A stretch of 64,000 nt of DNA from Candidatus Doudnabacteria bacterium (GCA_041644975.1 JBAZQX010000002.1:84603-148602); one strand, 5' to 3'. Shown: positions 27,272 through 37,270, counted from the stretch's first letter. Numbers and translations are program-made. The notes: generated from the sequence alone by a model not told the origin.

Positions 27272-30200
27272 ATGAAAAAAATAAAGGGATTGCCAATCTT
27301 TGCCCACGCACCAGCCCCACACCTTTTTAAAAGGTGGGGGACTGTATGGGGTTTCACATTTTTTTGTGCGGCACTGGTTTTATTTTTAGTGAAGATTCCT
27401 TCTGCCCTTGCTTATGGCTCTTATGCAGTGAGTTTTGGAAGTTACGCAGAAGGGATGCTTTCGGGGTTGGATCAAGAAACAATTGAATTTTACAGCGATA
27501 TTCCCGCAGGGGTAGATAAAGTAATTTTAAGCGCGGTGGGCAACGATTGCGTGCGGCGCAGTATTGATTTGTGCGGCGGGAGTCAAGAACGTTGCGAAGT
27601 AAGCGCGACTCCGGGTTCGCGAATCTATTTCAATGTGAGTTTTGATATTACGCCTTGCGGTTCCAGCCCTTCTTTTTGGTATCGGACTTATGTTTTGAAA
27701 TCGGAAGGGAGCGGCAGTGCCGACAGCGGTTTCTCCGCGAGAGCAAATGGGGAGCAGTGCAGCGCAAACAGCGAATGTCAGTCTGGATATTGCAACAATG
27801 GTTATTGTTGCACAGGGAATGTCTGTTGCGCGACTGACAGCGATTGTGCGAGCGATGCCTATTGCGGCTCTGATTATATTTGTTATTTTCAAGAAAATGA
27901 TGGTGCTTCCTGCAACCGTGCAAGGCAGTGCAAGGGCGGTTATTGTACAAATAACAAATGTAGTTCAAGTGCCTCTACTTGCGGCGATTATTATTGCGAT
28001 ACAGGAGAGACTTGCGCGAGTTGCCCGATGGATTGTGGAATCTGTAAAAAAGCGGATGGCGATTCTTGCGACTATGCTTCTCTATGCCAAGGTGGCTATT
28101 GTAATGGAGGGCGATGCGGTTCCAGCCCTTATTATTGCGGCAATGCTTATTGCGATGCGGGCGAAACCTGTGCTAATTGCGTTCGCGACTGCGGCGCTTG
28201 CCCGCGGCAAAATGGCGCCGTTTGCGATTACGATGATGATTGCGCAAGTAAACACTGCGTCCACGGCAAGTGTCGGGCAGGTGAGACTTATTGCGGGGAC
28301 AGCGAATGTGATGCGGCGGAAACCTGCGAGACTTGCGCTCGCGACTGCGGCGCCTGCGACAGTGCGGCTTGCACCAAAGATTCAGATTGTGCAGGCGGGC
28401 ATTGTGTGCACAAGAAGTGCCGTAATGAAACAACTTACTGCGGCGATGACGTTTGCGACTCGGGCGAGACTTGCGCAAAGTGCCAGCAGGATTGCTGCGG
28501 CTCGGATTTGCGTGTTTCTTTTTCTACGATGCGCTTGCAGTTGAAACCAGGGGACACGGGTAACTTAGAGATTAATTTTAGAAATGTAGCAAAATCTACT
28601 GCTGATAATGTTTATTGGAGCATCCTTGTGGATAAAGACGAATTGCTTGTTATTTCTCCTAAAGATAAAAATATTGGCACAGTGAAAGGCTCTAGTGAGT
28701 TATCCAAAGAAATAAAGATTACGGCGAAGTCTGCAGGCACGGCTTATTTGGCAATACATATTCGGGGCAATAATTTTGGCAGTATTCTGAAATTCGTCCA
28801 AGTGAATATTGAGGGAGGACTCGCGCTTGATGTGCCGGAGTCTATTTTTTTATTGCCTCAAGAAGAAAATGATTTCGGCGTTTTTGTGATTAACCAAGGC
28901 AATGAGTCAGCGCAAGTAAAGGGTTTAACCTTGGAGAGTCTGAATCCGAACGTTGTGGAGATTAAAGAGGGAGGAATAATGGAAGTGAGAGGACAGGGGC
29001 AGGGTATTAAACCAGACCAACTTTTTACTACCGAGAGTGAAGATATTTTGAAAATGATCTCCCCGCGACCGAAAATTCAGGGTCGGGACGCAGGGGAAAC
29101 TGAACTTGTTTTTAAACTTAAGTATTATCTTCCGGGGAGTAATCGCGAGGAAAGTCTAGAAAAGAGGACTAAGGTGAAAGTCGGCGCTACGCGTGGAGGC
29201 AAACAAAGTTTGCTTGATTTGCAAATCATTCCAGCCGGCATTGCTTTGGAAATAGGGGAGGCAAGAGAGTTAAAATTAGTTCTCAAAAACAAAGGCAGTG
29301 AAATCGTTAAGCAAGGTGTGATTAGAATCACTAAATCCAAGATTACCTATTTTGAATCCACCGCGGAGGTGCGCTTCGGTTTTATTGAGCCGGGGCAAGA
29401 AGCGACCGCGAAGATTGACCTTGTCGCCACAGATGAATTCCCGCCGCTTTTAAAGAAACTTGCCAAGGAGGGGGAATTAGCCATTACTGATCCTTTGTCT
29501 TTGGCAGTAGAGTATCAAACCGTGGACGGTCGCAAGTTTCAATTTCAGGACGAGATTAAAGTTTCGTTGGTGGAGAAGCGCGCCCAGTGCAAATCTAATG
29601 ACCCAGCGTGCGTTAGGGCTGTGAATTGTCTGGTAGAACTTTCCAATGCGATGAGCTGCACTCTAGAACTAGCGGATGTGATTCCATATTTAGACAAACC
29701 TGTGGCTGTGGTCCTTGCTACCGCTGATGTGTGTGAAATTGGGCAGAGGAGAGCAGGAGGTGATAGTATTGGTGCGGCGGTCTCGGCGCTTTTGATGGCG
29801 TCGGACGTAGCGGATAATGCCGCGGACGCAGTGCCGGGCGCGGGCAATTTGGCTTCCACTTTTGCGGATATCGTGGAGGGCGCAGCTGATTGCGCCGAAG
29901 GTTTTGTGCATAGCGGGGTGGATCAATATTGCGCCGGCGGCAGTGGCAAGGGTTATACCGGTTGTGCGGAAAATATTTTTAAGACCATTGCGGAGATTTC
30001 TGGTAAAGCGACAGAGCCAGCCGCCGTGCGGAAAATGGTGGTCGCTATGGTAGGCTCGCCCGTCGCCATCGCTGTCGTAGATAGTGAAGGCAAGGTTTTA
30101 ACTCCCCGGGACGGCGTTATTGTTTTACAGCAAGGGGATTTGAAACTCATTCTCATCAAAAATCCGCAGGATTTAATGGGAAGAAGCGTAAATTTTAAAA

Positions 30201-30529
30201 TTATGGGCGAGGATAATGGCAAATACAGTGTGCAGTTAGGTTTGATTGATAATGGTTCTTTAGTCAAAACGCGCGAATTAAAGGACAAAAAGATTAAACA
30301 AGATGAAGAGGTTTTAATTCCTTTGGGTGTCCGCAGTACTTCTAGCGCTCAATTGACCGATCTTTTACTGGGAAAAAGGGAGGTGGCGCGGCTGGGTCAT
30401 AAAGGATTTTTAGATACGATTTTAGACTCCCCGCGTCTATTCAAAAGCCTATTAGCTATTTTTGTTATTTTACTTGGTGGAGCAAGCGCTTTTTGGGTGT
30501 TGCGGAAGATTAAGCAGTCAAAAAGATAA
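27272..30529 (+). CDS. large cysteine-rich surface protein with 4 tandem ~46-aa Cys modules, Ig-like middle region and C-terminal TM anchor
   Basis: 1085 aa with a signal peptide. Four repeats of the form ...DGxSC.....C.GGYC....C......CG..YCD.GETC..C..DCG.C. C-terminal TM (LLAIFVILLGGASAFWVL) followed by RKIKQSKR. The GC-rich, repeat-rich DNA generates many spurious overlapping ORFs. Confidence 0.85.
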   Translation: MKKIKGLPIFAHAPAPHLFKRWGTVWGFTFFCAALVLFLVKIPSALAYGSYAVSFGSYAEGMLSGLDQETIEFYSDIPAGVDKVILSAVGNDCVRRSIDLCGGSQERCEVSATPGSRIYFNVSFDITPCGSSPSFWYRTYVLKSEGSGSADSGFSARANGEQCSANSECQSGYCNNGYCCTGNVCCATDSDCASDAYCGSDYICYFQENDGASCNRARQCKGGYCTNNKCSSSASTCGDYYCDTGETCASCPMDCGICKKADGDSCDYASLCQGGYCNGGRCGSSPYYCGNAYCDAGETCANCVRDCGACPRQNGAVCDYDDDCASKHCVHGKCRAGETYCGDSECDAAETCETCARDCGACDSAACTKDSDCAGGHCVHKKCRNETTYCGDDVCDSGETCAKCQQDCCGSDLRVSFSTMRLQLKPGDTGNLEINFRNVAKSTADNVYWSILVDKDELLVISPKDKNIGTVKGSSELSKEIKITAKSAGTAYLAIHIRGNNFGSILKFVQVNIEGGLALDVPESIFLLPQEENDFGVFVINQGNESAQVKGLTLESLNPNVVEIKEGGIMEVRGQGQGIKPDQLFTTESEDILKMISPRPKIQGRDAGETELVFKLKYYLPGSNREESLEKRTKVKVGATRGGKQSLLDLQIIPAGIALEIGEARELKLVLKNKGSEIVKQGVIRITKSKITYFESTAEVRFGFIEPGQEATAKIDLVATDEFPPLLKKLAKEGELAITDPLSLAVEYQTVDGRKFQFQDEIKVSLVEKRAQCKSNDPACVRAVNCLVELSNAMSCTLELADVIPYLDKPVAVVLATADVCEIGQRRAGGDSIGAAVSALLMASDVADNAADAVPGAGNLASTFADIVEGAADCAEGFVHSGVDQYCAGGSGKGYTGCAENIFKTIAEISGKATEPAAVRKMVVAMVGSPVAIAVVDSEGKVLTPRDGVIVLQQGDLKLILIKNPQDLMGRSVNFKIMGEDNGKYSVQLGLIDNGSLVKTRELKDKKIKQDEEVLIPLGVRSTSSAQLTDLLLGKREVARLGHKGFLDTILDSPRLFKSLLAIFVILLGGASAFWVLRKIKQSKR
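27880..28500 (+). repeat. intragenic tandem repeats (~140 bp x 4) encoding the Cys module in the 27272 gene
   Basis: tattgcgg..attattgcgat.c.gg.ga.acttgcgc.a.ttgc...gattg.gg..c.tg recurs at about 27975, 28130, 28290, 28440. Confidence 0.75.
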
Positions 30530-30540
30530 CCTATTATTCT

Positions 30541-30700
30541 ATAAATAGGACTTCCGCGTTTCATAATAATTAAACTTGGATATTTATTGTCATTCCCATC
30601 CCGTAATGAATACAGGGTAAACTCCAGCGGGAATCCAGGATTAGTGCCTCCGACCTGGATCCCCGATCAGGTCGGGGATGACATGAAACGCGAAAGATCT
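30541..30700 (+). repeat. palindromic intergenic element (related to, or a second type alongside, family E)
   Basis: ccgcgtttcataat ... tgtcattcccatcccg ... cgggaatccagg ... cctggatccccgatcaggtcggggatgacatgaaacgcg. Ends are inverted repeats of cgcgtttcat / atgaaacgcg. Marks the boundary of the GC-richer island. Confidence 0.55.
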
Positions 30701-30880
30701 GATGTTTTTAATTGAAACATTGCATTTTAGGGAAAATGTGCTAAAGTAGTTAGATGTTTTCGGGAAGGAGGGAAACATCAAAAAGTTTTGTTTTCTGTTC
30801 TTTCATAAATAAGAGCCGCAGGGGGCGGAATATTGGGTTAGGCTCTTTTTTTGTTTTTTAGCGAAGGGAGGAATTGTGGT

Positions 30881-32044
30881 ATGGCTCGGAAAGAAGTCAA
30901 TGTGGGTTTAATCGGTTACATGTTTATGGGCAAGGCGCACAGCCACGCTTATCACGATGTAGCCATGTTTTTTAATATGGACGCAAAACCAATAATGAAG
31001 GCGATCTGCGGACGTAATGAAAAAGGCGTGAAAGAGGCATCGGAGAAATTCGGCTGGGAAAGCTATGAGACGGATTGGGAAAAACTGGTGCGGCGCGATG
31101 ATATTGATCTTATTGATATCTGCGCGCCAACCAATATGCATAGGGATATTGCCATTGCCGCGGCGAAAGCGGGAAAACACATTATTTGCGAAAAACCCTT
31201 GGCTATGGATCTAGAAGAAGCGCAGGAAATGTGGGACGCGGTTGATGAAGCGCGCGTGATCAATATGGTCAACTTCAATTATCGTAAAGTTCCGGCAATC
31301 GCGCTTGCAAAAAAGATGATTGACGATGGAAAGCTTGGTAAAATCTATCACTTCCGCAGTGTCTATCTGCAGGACTGGATATTGAGTCCGGATTTCCCAA
31401 TCGTATGGCGTTTGGATAAAAGCGTTGCCGGTTCGGGCTCTCTTGGAGACCTTGGCGCTCATATAGTGGACCTTGCCAGATATCTTGTTGGTGATTTTGA
31501 CCGCGTGGTGGGAATGGAAGAAACCTTTATTAAGGAACGTCCTGTATCCGCAACAGGAATGGATGGTAAGTTATCAGCGACCGCGACGGACAAAAGTGTT
31601 AAGGGTATGGTTACGGTTGACGATGCCACTCTGTTTTTGGCTAGATTTGAAAATGGCGCTGTGGCGACTTTTGAGGCTACAAGGTTTGCCGCTGGAAGGA
31701 AGAATTACAACAGTTTTGAAATCAACGGAGAAAAAGGCAGTATAGTATTCAACCTTGAAAGAATGAACGAGCTGGAATACTACAATGTTGATGATCCTGT
31801 CGGATTGCAGGGATTCAGGACAATTCTGGCAACTGATCCGTCTCATCCGTATATGGGAGCTTGGTGGCCGCCAGCGCATATCATCGGGTATGAGCATACA
31901 TTTATTCACCAGATATATGAGCTGATGCAGGCTATAGCCAGTGGTAAATCGGCATCTCCAGACTTTGAAGACGGCTTGAAATGTCAAAGAGTGTTGGAAG
32001 CTGTGAGCTGTTCAATAGCTGACGATGGATGGGTTTATGTGTAA
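30881..32044 (+). CDS. Gfo/Idh/MocA family NAD(P)-dependent oxidoreductase
   Basis: Start chosen at the ATG after GGGAGG (MARKEVNVGLIGYMFMGKAHSHAY). Rossmann GxGxxG-like segment and the typical Gfo/Idh/MocA C-terminal alpha/beta domain. The ORF track instead starts at an upstream TTG at 30851. Confidence 0.9.
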   Translation: MARKEVNVGLIGYMFMGKAHSHAYHDVAMFFNMDAKPIMKAICGRNEKGVKEASEKFGWESYETDWEKLVRRDDIDLIDICAPTNMHRDIAIAAAKAGKHIICEKPLAMDLEEAQEMWDAVDEARVINMVNFNYRKVPAIALAKKMIDDGKLGKIYHFRSVYLQDWILSPDFPIVWRLDKSVAGSGSLGDLGAHIVDLARYLVGDFDRVVGMEETFIKERPVSATGMDGKLSATATDKSVKGMVTVDDATLFLARFENGAVATFEATRFAAGRKNYNSFEINGEKGSIVFNLERMNELEYYNVDDPVGLQGFRTILATDPSHPYMGAWWPPAHIIGYEHTFIHQIYELMQAIASGKSASPDFEDGLKCQRVLEAVSCSIADDGWVYV

Positions 32045-32097
32045 TTTATTGGGATACTGAAAAGACAAGAAAGGAGAAAAGAAGGGTGGGAGGAAAG

Positions 32098-32373
32098 ATG
32101 GGCTTGGAAAAAACATACAAAATAATTTTTAAATCAGTTGATCCAGATAAAACAGTTGCCACGGTATCTACTATTAAAAGAATTTTGAAGTCTCTATCAT
32201 TGAAAGAGGTTAAAGATGCTTTTGATAATTGCCGTCAAACCGGTCAGCCACAAACCTTGCAAGGGGGGTTAACCGAGGACGAGGTCTTGCAGTTCATAGA
32301 GGAGATCCAAACAAATTTAAAGGATAAAGGTCTAGACTCGGCTAGCGTTGATTTTGAGGCTGAAAACCTTTGA
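32098..32373 (+). CDS. stand-alone ribosomal protein L7/L12 C-terminal-domain-like protein
   Basis: 91 aa from the ATG after GGGAGG. TYKIIFKSVDPDKTVATVSTIKRILKSLSLKEVKDAF...LTEDEVLQFIEEIQTNLKDKG...VDFEA aligns position-by-position with the L7/L12 CTD (FDVILK...KVAVIKAVR..TGLGLKEAKDLV...[22 protein letters not shown]). Confidence 0.6.
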   Translation: MGLEKTYKIIFKSVDPDKTVATVSTIKRILKSLSLKEVKDAFDNCRQTGQPQTLQGGLTEDEVLQFIEEIQTNLKDKGLDSASVDFEAENL

Positions 32374-32550
32374 CAAACATCAAGTTTTGGTCTTAGATGA
32401 GGCTGTATAAGTATGGGCTGGGTTTAATGAATTAGTCTTTGTTAAAAATCAACTTAAAGGAGAGGAAGGTAGCAGGTCGGTTCGGGTTCTGTTTTTTAAG
32501 CAAAAAACCGGACGGATTAAGACCGTCCAAAGAAGAAGGAGAAAAGAAAG

Positions 32551-33567
32551 ATGGCAAGAAAAGTGACTCTTTTTACAGGACAATGGGCGGATTTGCCCCT
32601 AGAAAAGCTTGCAATCATGGCAAAAAAGTTTGGCTATGATGGGCTTGAACTTGCTTGTTGGGGCGACCATTTTGACGTAAATGCCGCGTTGAAGAATGAG
32701 AATTACTGCAGAGACAGGTATTCAATTCTGCGCAATCAGGGACTTGGAGTTTGGGTAATCAGCAACCACCTTGCTGGACAGGCGGTTTGCGACAACATTG
32801 ATCAAAGGCATAAAAGTATACTTCCTCCTCATATATGGGGAGATGGAGATCCTGAAGGTGTAAGACAGAGGGCTGCAGAGGAAATGAAAAATACAGCGAG
32901 AGCCGCCGCAAGACTTGCTGAAGCAGCCGGACATAAGATTGATGTTTGTGGTTTTACAGGATCAAGCATCTGGCATTTGCTATATTCTTTCCCGCCAGTA
33001 ACACCAGACATGATTGACACTGGATATAAAGACTTTGCAGACAGATGGAATCCGATTCTTGACGTTTTTGACGAGGTTGGCGTAAAATTCGCTCTGGAGG
33101 CGCACCCAACGGAGATAGCATTTGACGCATGTTCAGCAGCGAGAGCAGTTGAGGCATTAGGTGGACGCAAAGCTTTCGGCTTCAATTATGATCCAAGCCA
33201 TCTTGGTTATCAGGGCGTTGATTATGTCGAATTTATCCGCATGTTTGGGGATCGCATATATCACGTTCACATGAAAGATGTTGGCTGGTCATCAGTACCA
33301 AAGCTATCAGGCGTATTTGGTGGTCATCTGAATTTCGGTGACGTAAATCGTTACTGGGATTTCCGTTCACTAGGTCGTGGAAACATAGATTTTGAAGAAA
33401 TTATCAGGATGCTCAATAGAGTCAACTATCAAGGTCCATTGAGTGTTGAATGGGAAGATTCAGGTATGGATCGTGAGCATGGCGCCGTTGAAGCCTGCGA
33501 GTTTGTGAAGTCATTAGATTTTCCGCCTTCAGCTACAGCGTTTGATGCCGCGTTTGAGAAAAAGTAA
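32551..33567 (+). CDS. sugar phosphate isomerase/epimerase (xylose isomerase-like TIM barrel) family protein
   Basis: 338 aa. [23 protein letters not shown]... and HVHMKD are typical of AP-endonuclease-2/xylose-isomerase-like TIM barrels. A clean terminator follows. Confidence 0.9.
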   Translation: MARKVTLFTGQWADLPLEKLAIMAKKFGYDGLELACWGDHFDVNAALKNENYCRDRYSILRNQGLGVWVISNHLAGQAVCDNIDQRHKSILPPHIWGDGDPEGVRQRAAEEMKNTARAAARLAEAAGHKIDVCGFTGSSIWHLLYSFPPVTPDMIDTGYKDFADRWNPILDVFDEVGVKFALEAHPTEIAFDACSAARAVEALGGRKAFGFNYDPSHLGYQGVDYVEFIRMFGDRIYHVHMKDVGWSSVPKLSGVFGGHLNFGDVNRYWDFRSLGRGNIDFEEIIRMLNRVNYQGPLSVEWEDSGMDREHGAVEACEFVKSLDFPPSATAFDAAFEKK

Positions 33568-33580
33568 TTTTTTATTGATA

Positions 33581-33612
33581 CCCTGCAATCGCTTGATTGC
33601 AGGTTTTTTATT
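33581..33612 (+). terminator. rho-independent terminator after the sugar-phosphate isomerase gene
   Basis: ccctgcaatcgcttgattgcagg + tttttta. Perfect 8-bp stem. Confidence 0.8.
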
Positions 33613-33694
33613 CTTTGAAACTATGTTAAAATAGATCTAAGGTTATAAGCAAGCCGTCTACAAAAATAAAGATCAAAAAATAACTTAAAAAAAT

Positions 33695-36067
33695 ATGCCT
33701 AAGAAAAAATTATTACTAGGGATTTTGATTCCAGTCGGCGTTTTGATTTTAATCGTTGTCGGCTTGTTGGTCTGGGGTTTTAGGGTACGTAAAAGCTTTT
33801 CCGCGAGGCAAAATATTACTGTTGATTTGCCGCAAGAAATGGATTACCAAAATTTAAATCCGAGCGACCAAAAGAAACTTTTACAGGATATTAAAAAGAG
33901 CCTTCCAAATAAGATTGTTCCGAATAGAGAAGGGCAGCCGGTGCGGATTGTTCAGGATGTGGTCTTGAGCCAAAATCAAAAAGCGTTGCCTGCGGGATTA
34001 AAACCGCTTAGCGGCGATAAACTTCTGGAGAGCACACCTGCTCAAACTCTTCCTCTTTCCAGCCAACCTCAAGCCGCGCCCGAGAAAACAGATGTTAAGG
34101 GAGCTTCTCGCGCGAAACAAGTTCAAGGGATGAAGATAGTTGCTAATCAGAGCGGCTCGGAACAGGAAGAAGAAATTAACTGGCCGGCGCTTGCCTATTC
34201 TTATAATGTGCCGCCGGGCGGTCAGGATAAGGGCGCGGAGTATAAGGAAATGGTGAAGATTATGGAGCTCACTAAAAAATATTATCCCACACTGGTCAAA
34301 TATTATGGCGAGCCTTTTAATGTTAAAAATCGGTTTTTGATGTTTGTTTATGACCCCGCGGCTGAATTTTCCGTCTTTCTTCCCCAATACGATACAATTA
34401 TCTTAGCAAGTTCCAGACCTTGGGAAGTGATTCCCGCTTTTGTCGCCGCGTTTCAAAGCAATTTTTACTCTGTGATTCCGGAAACTTGGAGAGACGGCAT
34501 GGTTTATGCCGTAGCGCAACTCGCGATTCGGCAATTTCCAGAGGATTGGCCTCGCGATCCGATGATGGATTTAATCGTTCAGGGTGTGGAAGGCAGTTAT
34601 GAAAAATATAATGTGGCGGCCTATCCCATCTGCGGCGCAAAGACCATTTATCTTAATGATTTCCCTGATTTTGCTTGGAAACGTCCTTTTTTAGCAGCCG
34701 CGGCGTGGCTTAAAATTTATCAATACGACCCAGAGTTTTTTCGCCGAATGAATATTGAGCTTTATGGCAATTCCCTGGATAGCGAAATCTGGCAGGATGA
34801 AATGAAGGTCTTTCTACGCACCAAGAATATTTTTTATCCCGAGATTGAAAAGTTTACACCGGACTCTTGGTATAATAATCAGCATGTTTTACATCAAACA
34901 CAAACCAATCCCATTGTTTTTTTAATGTGGGCGCTTTTTGGCAGCACCTTTGTGGCGGAGGATAATGGGATTCATCTGTATGAATTCAAATCCGTGAATG
35001 CCGGGCAAGGGACGCGTTTTGAACCCCGCCAGGATCGCTCGCATACGCTTCAAATTTACAATGACCGTGTTTTATTAAAAACTATTAGCCGCAATACGGA
35101 CGCGCGCGGTCAGATTGACATTCCTCTCGCGGAAGCAGGAACTTTAAGTAACGGTCGCTATGAAGTGAGATATAGTGAGGAAATCATCCCTATTAACTAT
35201 GCCTACTTTACGGAAAAACCGTATGCCTTATATGGAAGCGTGGATAACTTTGGGGAAGGGAAAATTTTAGCTTATGATCAGAACCAAAATCTGTTGGGAG
35301 AGGCGCAGATTTCCGCAGGCGCTTTTCGTTTTGAGAGACACTTTCAGGGCGTGATTAAATTAGATGTTCAAGATTATTTGGGTGATATTCCTTTACATAA
35401 GGAGCTTTCCAAACCCGAAGGTTCATATTATGTCGCCCTCGCTTCGCGCTCCTCCTCTTATGAGCCGGAGGAATCAGGCTCGCGTGGCGCTCCGCCGATT
35501 GGCGAAGGTGAGGCAACCGCGCCGAAGAGCGAGGATACTTCTCCCGCTCTTCGCAATGTAGTGCCTCCAGCGTCGCAGATAGAAGGACTACCGAATACTT
35601 TTATTTCCGACAAGTATAAATTTAAGATTAGTTATCCAGATGATTTTGACGCGACGGATACCACTAAATTACAGGGACCAAACCTGACTCCTGATATTCC
35701 TATCAAAAGCGAACAAGCGGCGCAGTTTATGGAAAAGAATAAGAAAATCGGCGCAAAAGAGGTGGGGATTATTTGGCATTCCAATCCGGATAAATCGTTG
35801 AAAAGTTTTGCTAAATATTATACGTCTATAACAGCAACAGAGGCGCAGTATGGCGCCCTGACCATTAACGGTCGGGAGGTAGTCACCGCGGAATATAAAG
35901 TGACGCCGGGGGTGCCAGGCAATCCAGCCGCGCGGCTCCCCGAGGTGGAAATGAAAAGTTATTTCATAAACCGGGGGACTGATGTTTTTATTTTTGGTTG
36001 CACTCTGGATAAAGAGAGCCAGGATCTGCTCAATAAAATGATTCAGACCTTTGATTTTGTGCAATAA
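33695..36067 (+). CDS. hypothetical large secreted/membrane-anchored protein
   Basis: 790 aa. N-terminal TM (LLLGILIPVGVLILIVVGLLVWGF). No recognisable catalytic motif. Confidence 0.7.
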   Translation: MPKKKLLLGILIPVGVLILIVVGLLVWGFRVRKSFSARQNITVDLPQEMDYQNLNPSDQKKLLQDIKKSLPNKIVPNREGQPVRIVQDVVLSQNQKALPAGLKPLSGDKLLESTPAQTLPLSSQPQAAPEKTDVKGASRAKQVQGMKIVANQSGSEQEEEINWPALAYSYNVPPGGQDKGAEYKEMVKIMELTKKYYPTLVKYYGEPFNVKNRFLMFVYDPAAEFSVFLPQYDTIILASSRPWEVIPAFVAAFQSNFYSVIPETWRDGMVYAVAQLAIRQFPEDWPRDPMMDLIVQGVEGSYEKYNVAAYPICGAKTIYLNDFPDFAWKRPFLAAAAWLKIYQYDPEFFRRMNIELYGNSLDSEIWQDEMKVFLRTKNIFYPEIEKFTPDSWYNNQHVLHQTQTNPIVFLMWALFGSTFVAEDNGIHLYEFKSVNAGQGTRFEPRQDRSHTLQIYNDRVLLKTISRNTDARGQIDIPLAEAGTLSNGRYEVRYSEEIIPINYAYFTEKPYALYGSVDNFGEGKILAYDQNQNLLGEAQISAGAFRFERHFQGVIKLDVQDYLGDIPLHKELSKPEGSYYVALASRSSSYEPEESGSRGAPPIGEGEATAPKSEDTSPALRNVVPPASQIEGLPNTFISDKYKFKISYPDDFDATDTTKLQGPNLTPDIPIKSEQAAQFMEKNKKIGAKEVGIIWHSNPDKSLKSFAKYYTSITATEAQYGALTINGREVVTAEYKVTPGVPGNPAARLPEVEMKSYFINRGTDVFIFGCTLDKESQDLLNKMIQTFDFVQ

Positions 36068-36097
36068 ATTGATTAACTTTCTAAAAAGGAGGTTAAA

Positions 36098-37006
36098 ATG
36101 AAAATCAGACATTGGATTTTAATTCCTATTCTAATGGGGTCATTAGCTATTTTGCCCGGTTGCACTGGTTATGAAATTTTGGATGTCGCTTTTGAAATTG
36201 CGGATGACATGTTCCATTTAAGCGGCGATGATGACGGTGAGGGTTTGACTAATCATCAAGAAGAGAGCGCGCATACCAATCCTGATGATTTCGACACCGA
36301 TGATGATGGACTGAACGATTATCAAGAGGTGAGGATTTACAAAACGGATCCTAATAATCCTGATACGGACGGCGATGGGATGATGGATGGGCCTGAAGTG
36401 TATGCGGGACGCAATCCCCTCGTGCCTGATAATCCTTCGTCCGATACCACGGCTAGCCGTGGCGGAACAGAAGAGGAGGGAGCAACGCCTCAAGAAGAGC
36501 AGGCTGATACTCCGTCTGCCGTTTCACCGCCTACACCCGCGGAGAGCGATCCAGCGTCCGAAGATACGGTTTCCACTGCCTCAGGACATACCTATCTTAA
36601 TGAAGCCTGCCGTTTTTCTTTCTATTATCCCAGTGGCTGGGAGATTAAAAGCGCGGAATTTTATACAATGCTTGACGGCACTAAGGCGGATTTCCCGACA
36701 GTGATTCTGGGTAGGAGCGGGAGTAGCACTAATGACGACATTGCCTTGAATATGCGCCAGGCTTTTTGTATGACCGTGGAGCCATACGATAAGAAGACAG
36801 AGAGCGCCGGTACGAGAGAAGTGAATATCTACACTTATTATAGCGCTGATCGCAAAACAAAAATTGGCGGTTGTTTAGAAGCAGAAGTAGAGGCACTTAA
36901 TATGAAGGGCAAAACGATGACCTATACCTTTATTTCGCAATCCAATGATTCCATAGTTCTATCCGCTTTCAAAGAAGCAGTCAAAACGTTCAAAGTGATA
37001 AAATAA
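36098..37006 (+). CDS. lipoprotein with thrombospondin type-3-like calcium-binding repeats
   Basis: 302 aa. SD AAGGAGG. Lipobox LAILPGC. DxDxDG repeats (TDDDGLNDYQE, PDTDGDGMMDGPE), then a Pro/acidic linker and a globular C-terminal domain. Confidence 0.7.
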   Translation: MKIRHWILIPILMGSLAILPGCTGYEILDVAFEIADDMFHLSGDDDGEGLTNHQEESAHTNPDDFDTDDDGLNDYQEVRIYKTDPNNPDTDGDGMMDGPEVYAGRNPLVPDNPSSDTTASRGGTEEEGATPQEEQADTPSAVSPPTPAESDPASEDTVSTASGHTYLNEACRFSFYYPSGWEIKSAEFYTMLDGTKADFPTVILGRSGSSTNDDIALNMRQAFCMTVEPYDKKTESAGTREVNIYTYYSADRKTKIGGCLEAEVEALNMKGKTMTYTFISQSNDSIVLSAFKEAVKTFKVIK

Positions 37007-37066
37007 TCAAGACTGGAAAATATTCAATTTTTGGCAGTTTTTTAATTTTTCAATTAACATAAAACA

Positions 37067-37270
37067 ATGCGCACCGAACAAGAGATCCAAACCAAACTTT
37101 CTGAACTTGAAAAAGAGTTAGCAGAAATAGAAGAAGGTTTTGACGATGAGATTGAAATGGCGGAGGATGATGACAATGCGAAGGAAGCAGAAAATTTGGA
37201 AGGTGAAAAGGAGATTAAGATTAAAAAATTAGAGAAGCAGGTGGAAATTTTGAAGTGGATTTTAAGCTAA
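37067..37270 (+). CDS. small acidic coiled-coil protein (hypothetical)
   Basis: 67-aa ORF with a highly charged E/K-rich heptad pattern. Followed by a repeat-D-containing terminator region. Confidence 0.35.
   Translation: MRTEQEIQTKLSELEKELAEIEEGFDDEIEMAEDDDNAKEAENLEGEKEIKIKKLEKQVEILKWILS

Noticed and set aside
27527-28544. Several long overlapping ORFs on both strands (e.g. 27717..28544 + 275 aa, 27648..27968 - 106 aa, 28173..28478 -).
   Set aside because: They lie entirely inside the Cys-module tandem repeat of the 27272 gene. Their GC-rich repetitive codons (GCG/TGC/GGC) keep alternative frames open, and the products are low-complexity Arg/Ala-rich, so they are frame artefacts.
32439-32639. 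66-aa ORF overlapping the start of the sugar-phosphate isomerase gene.
   Set aside because: It shares the same locus in another frame. The isomerase start at 32551 has a proper SD, and the short ORF has no support.
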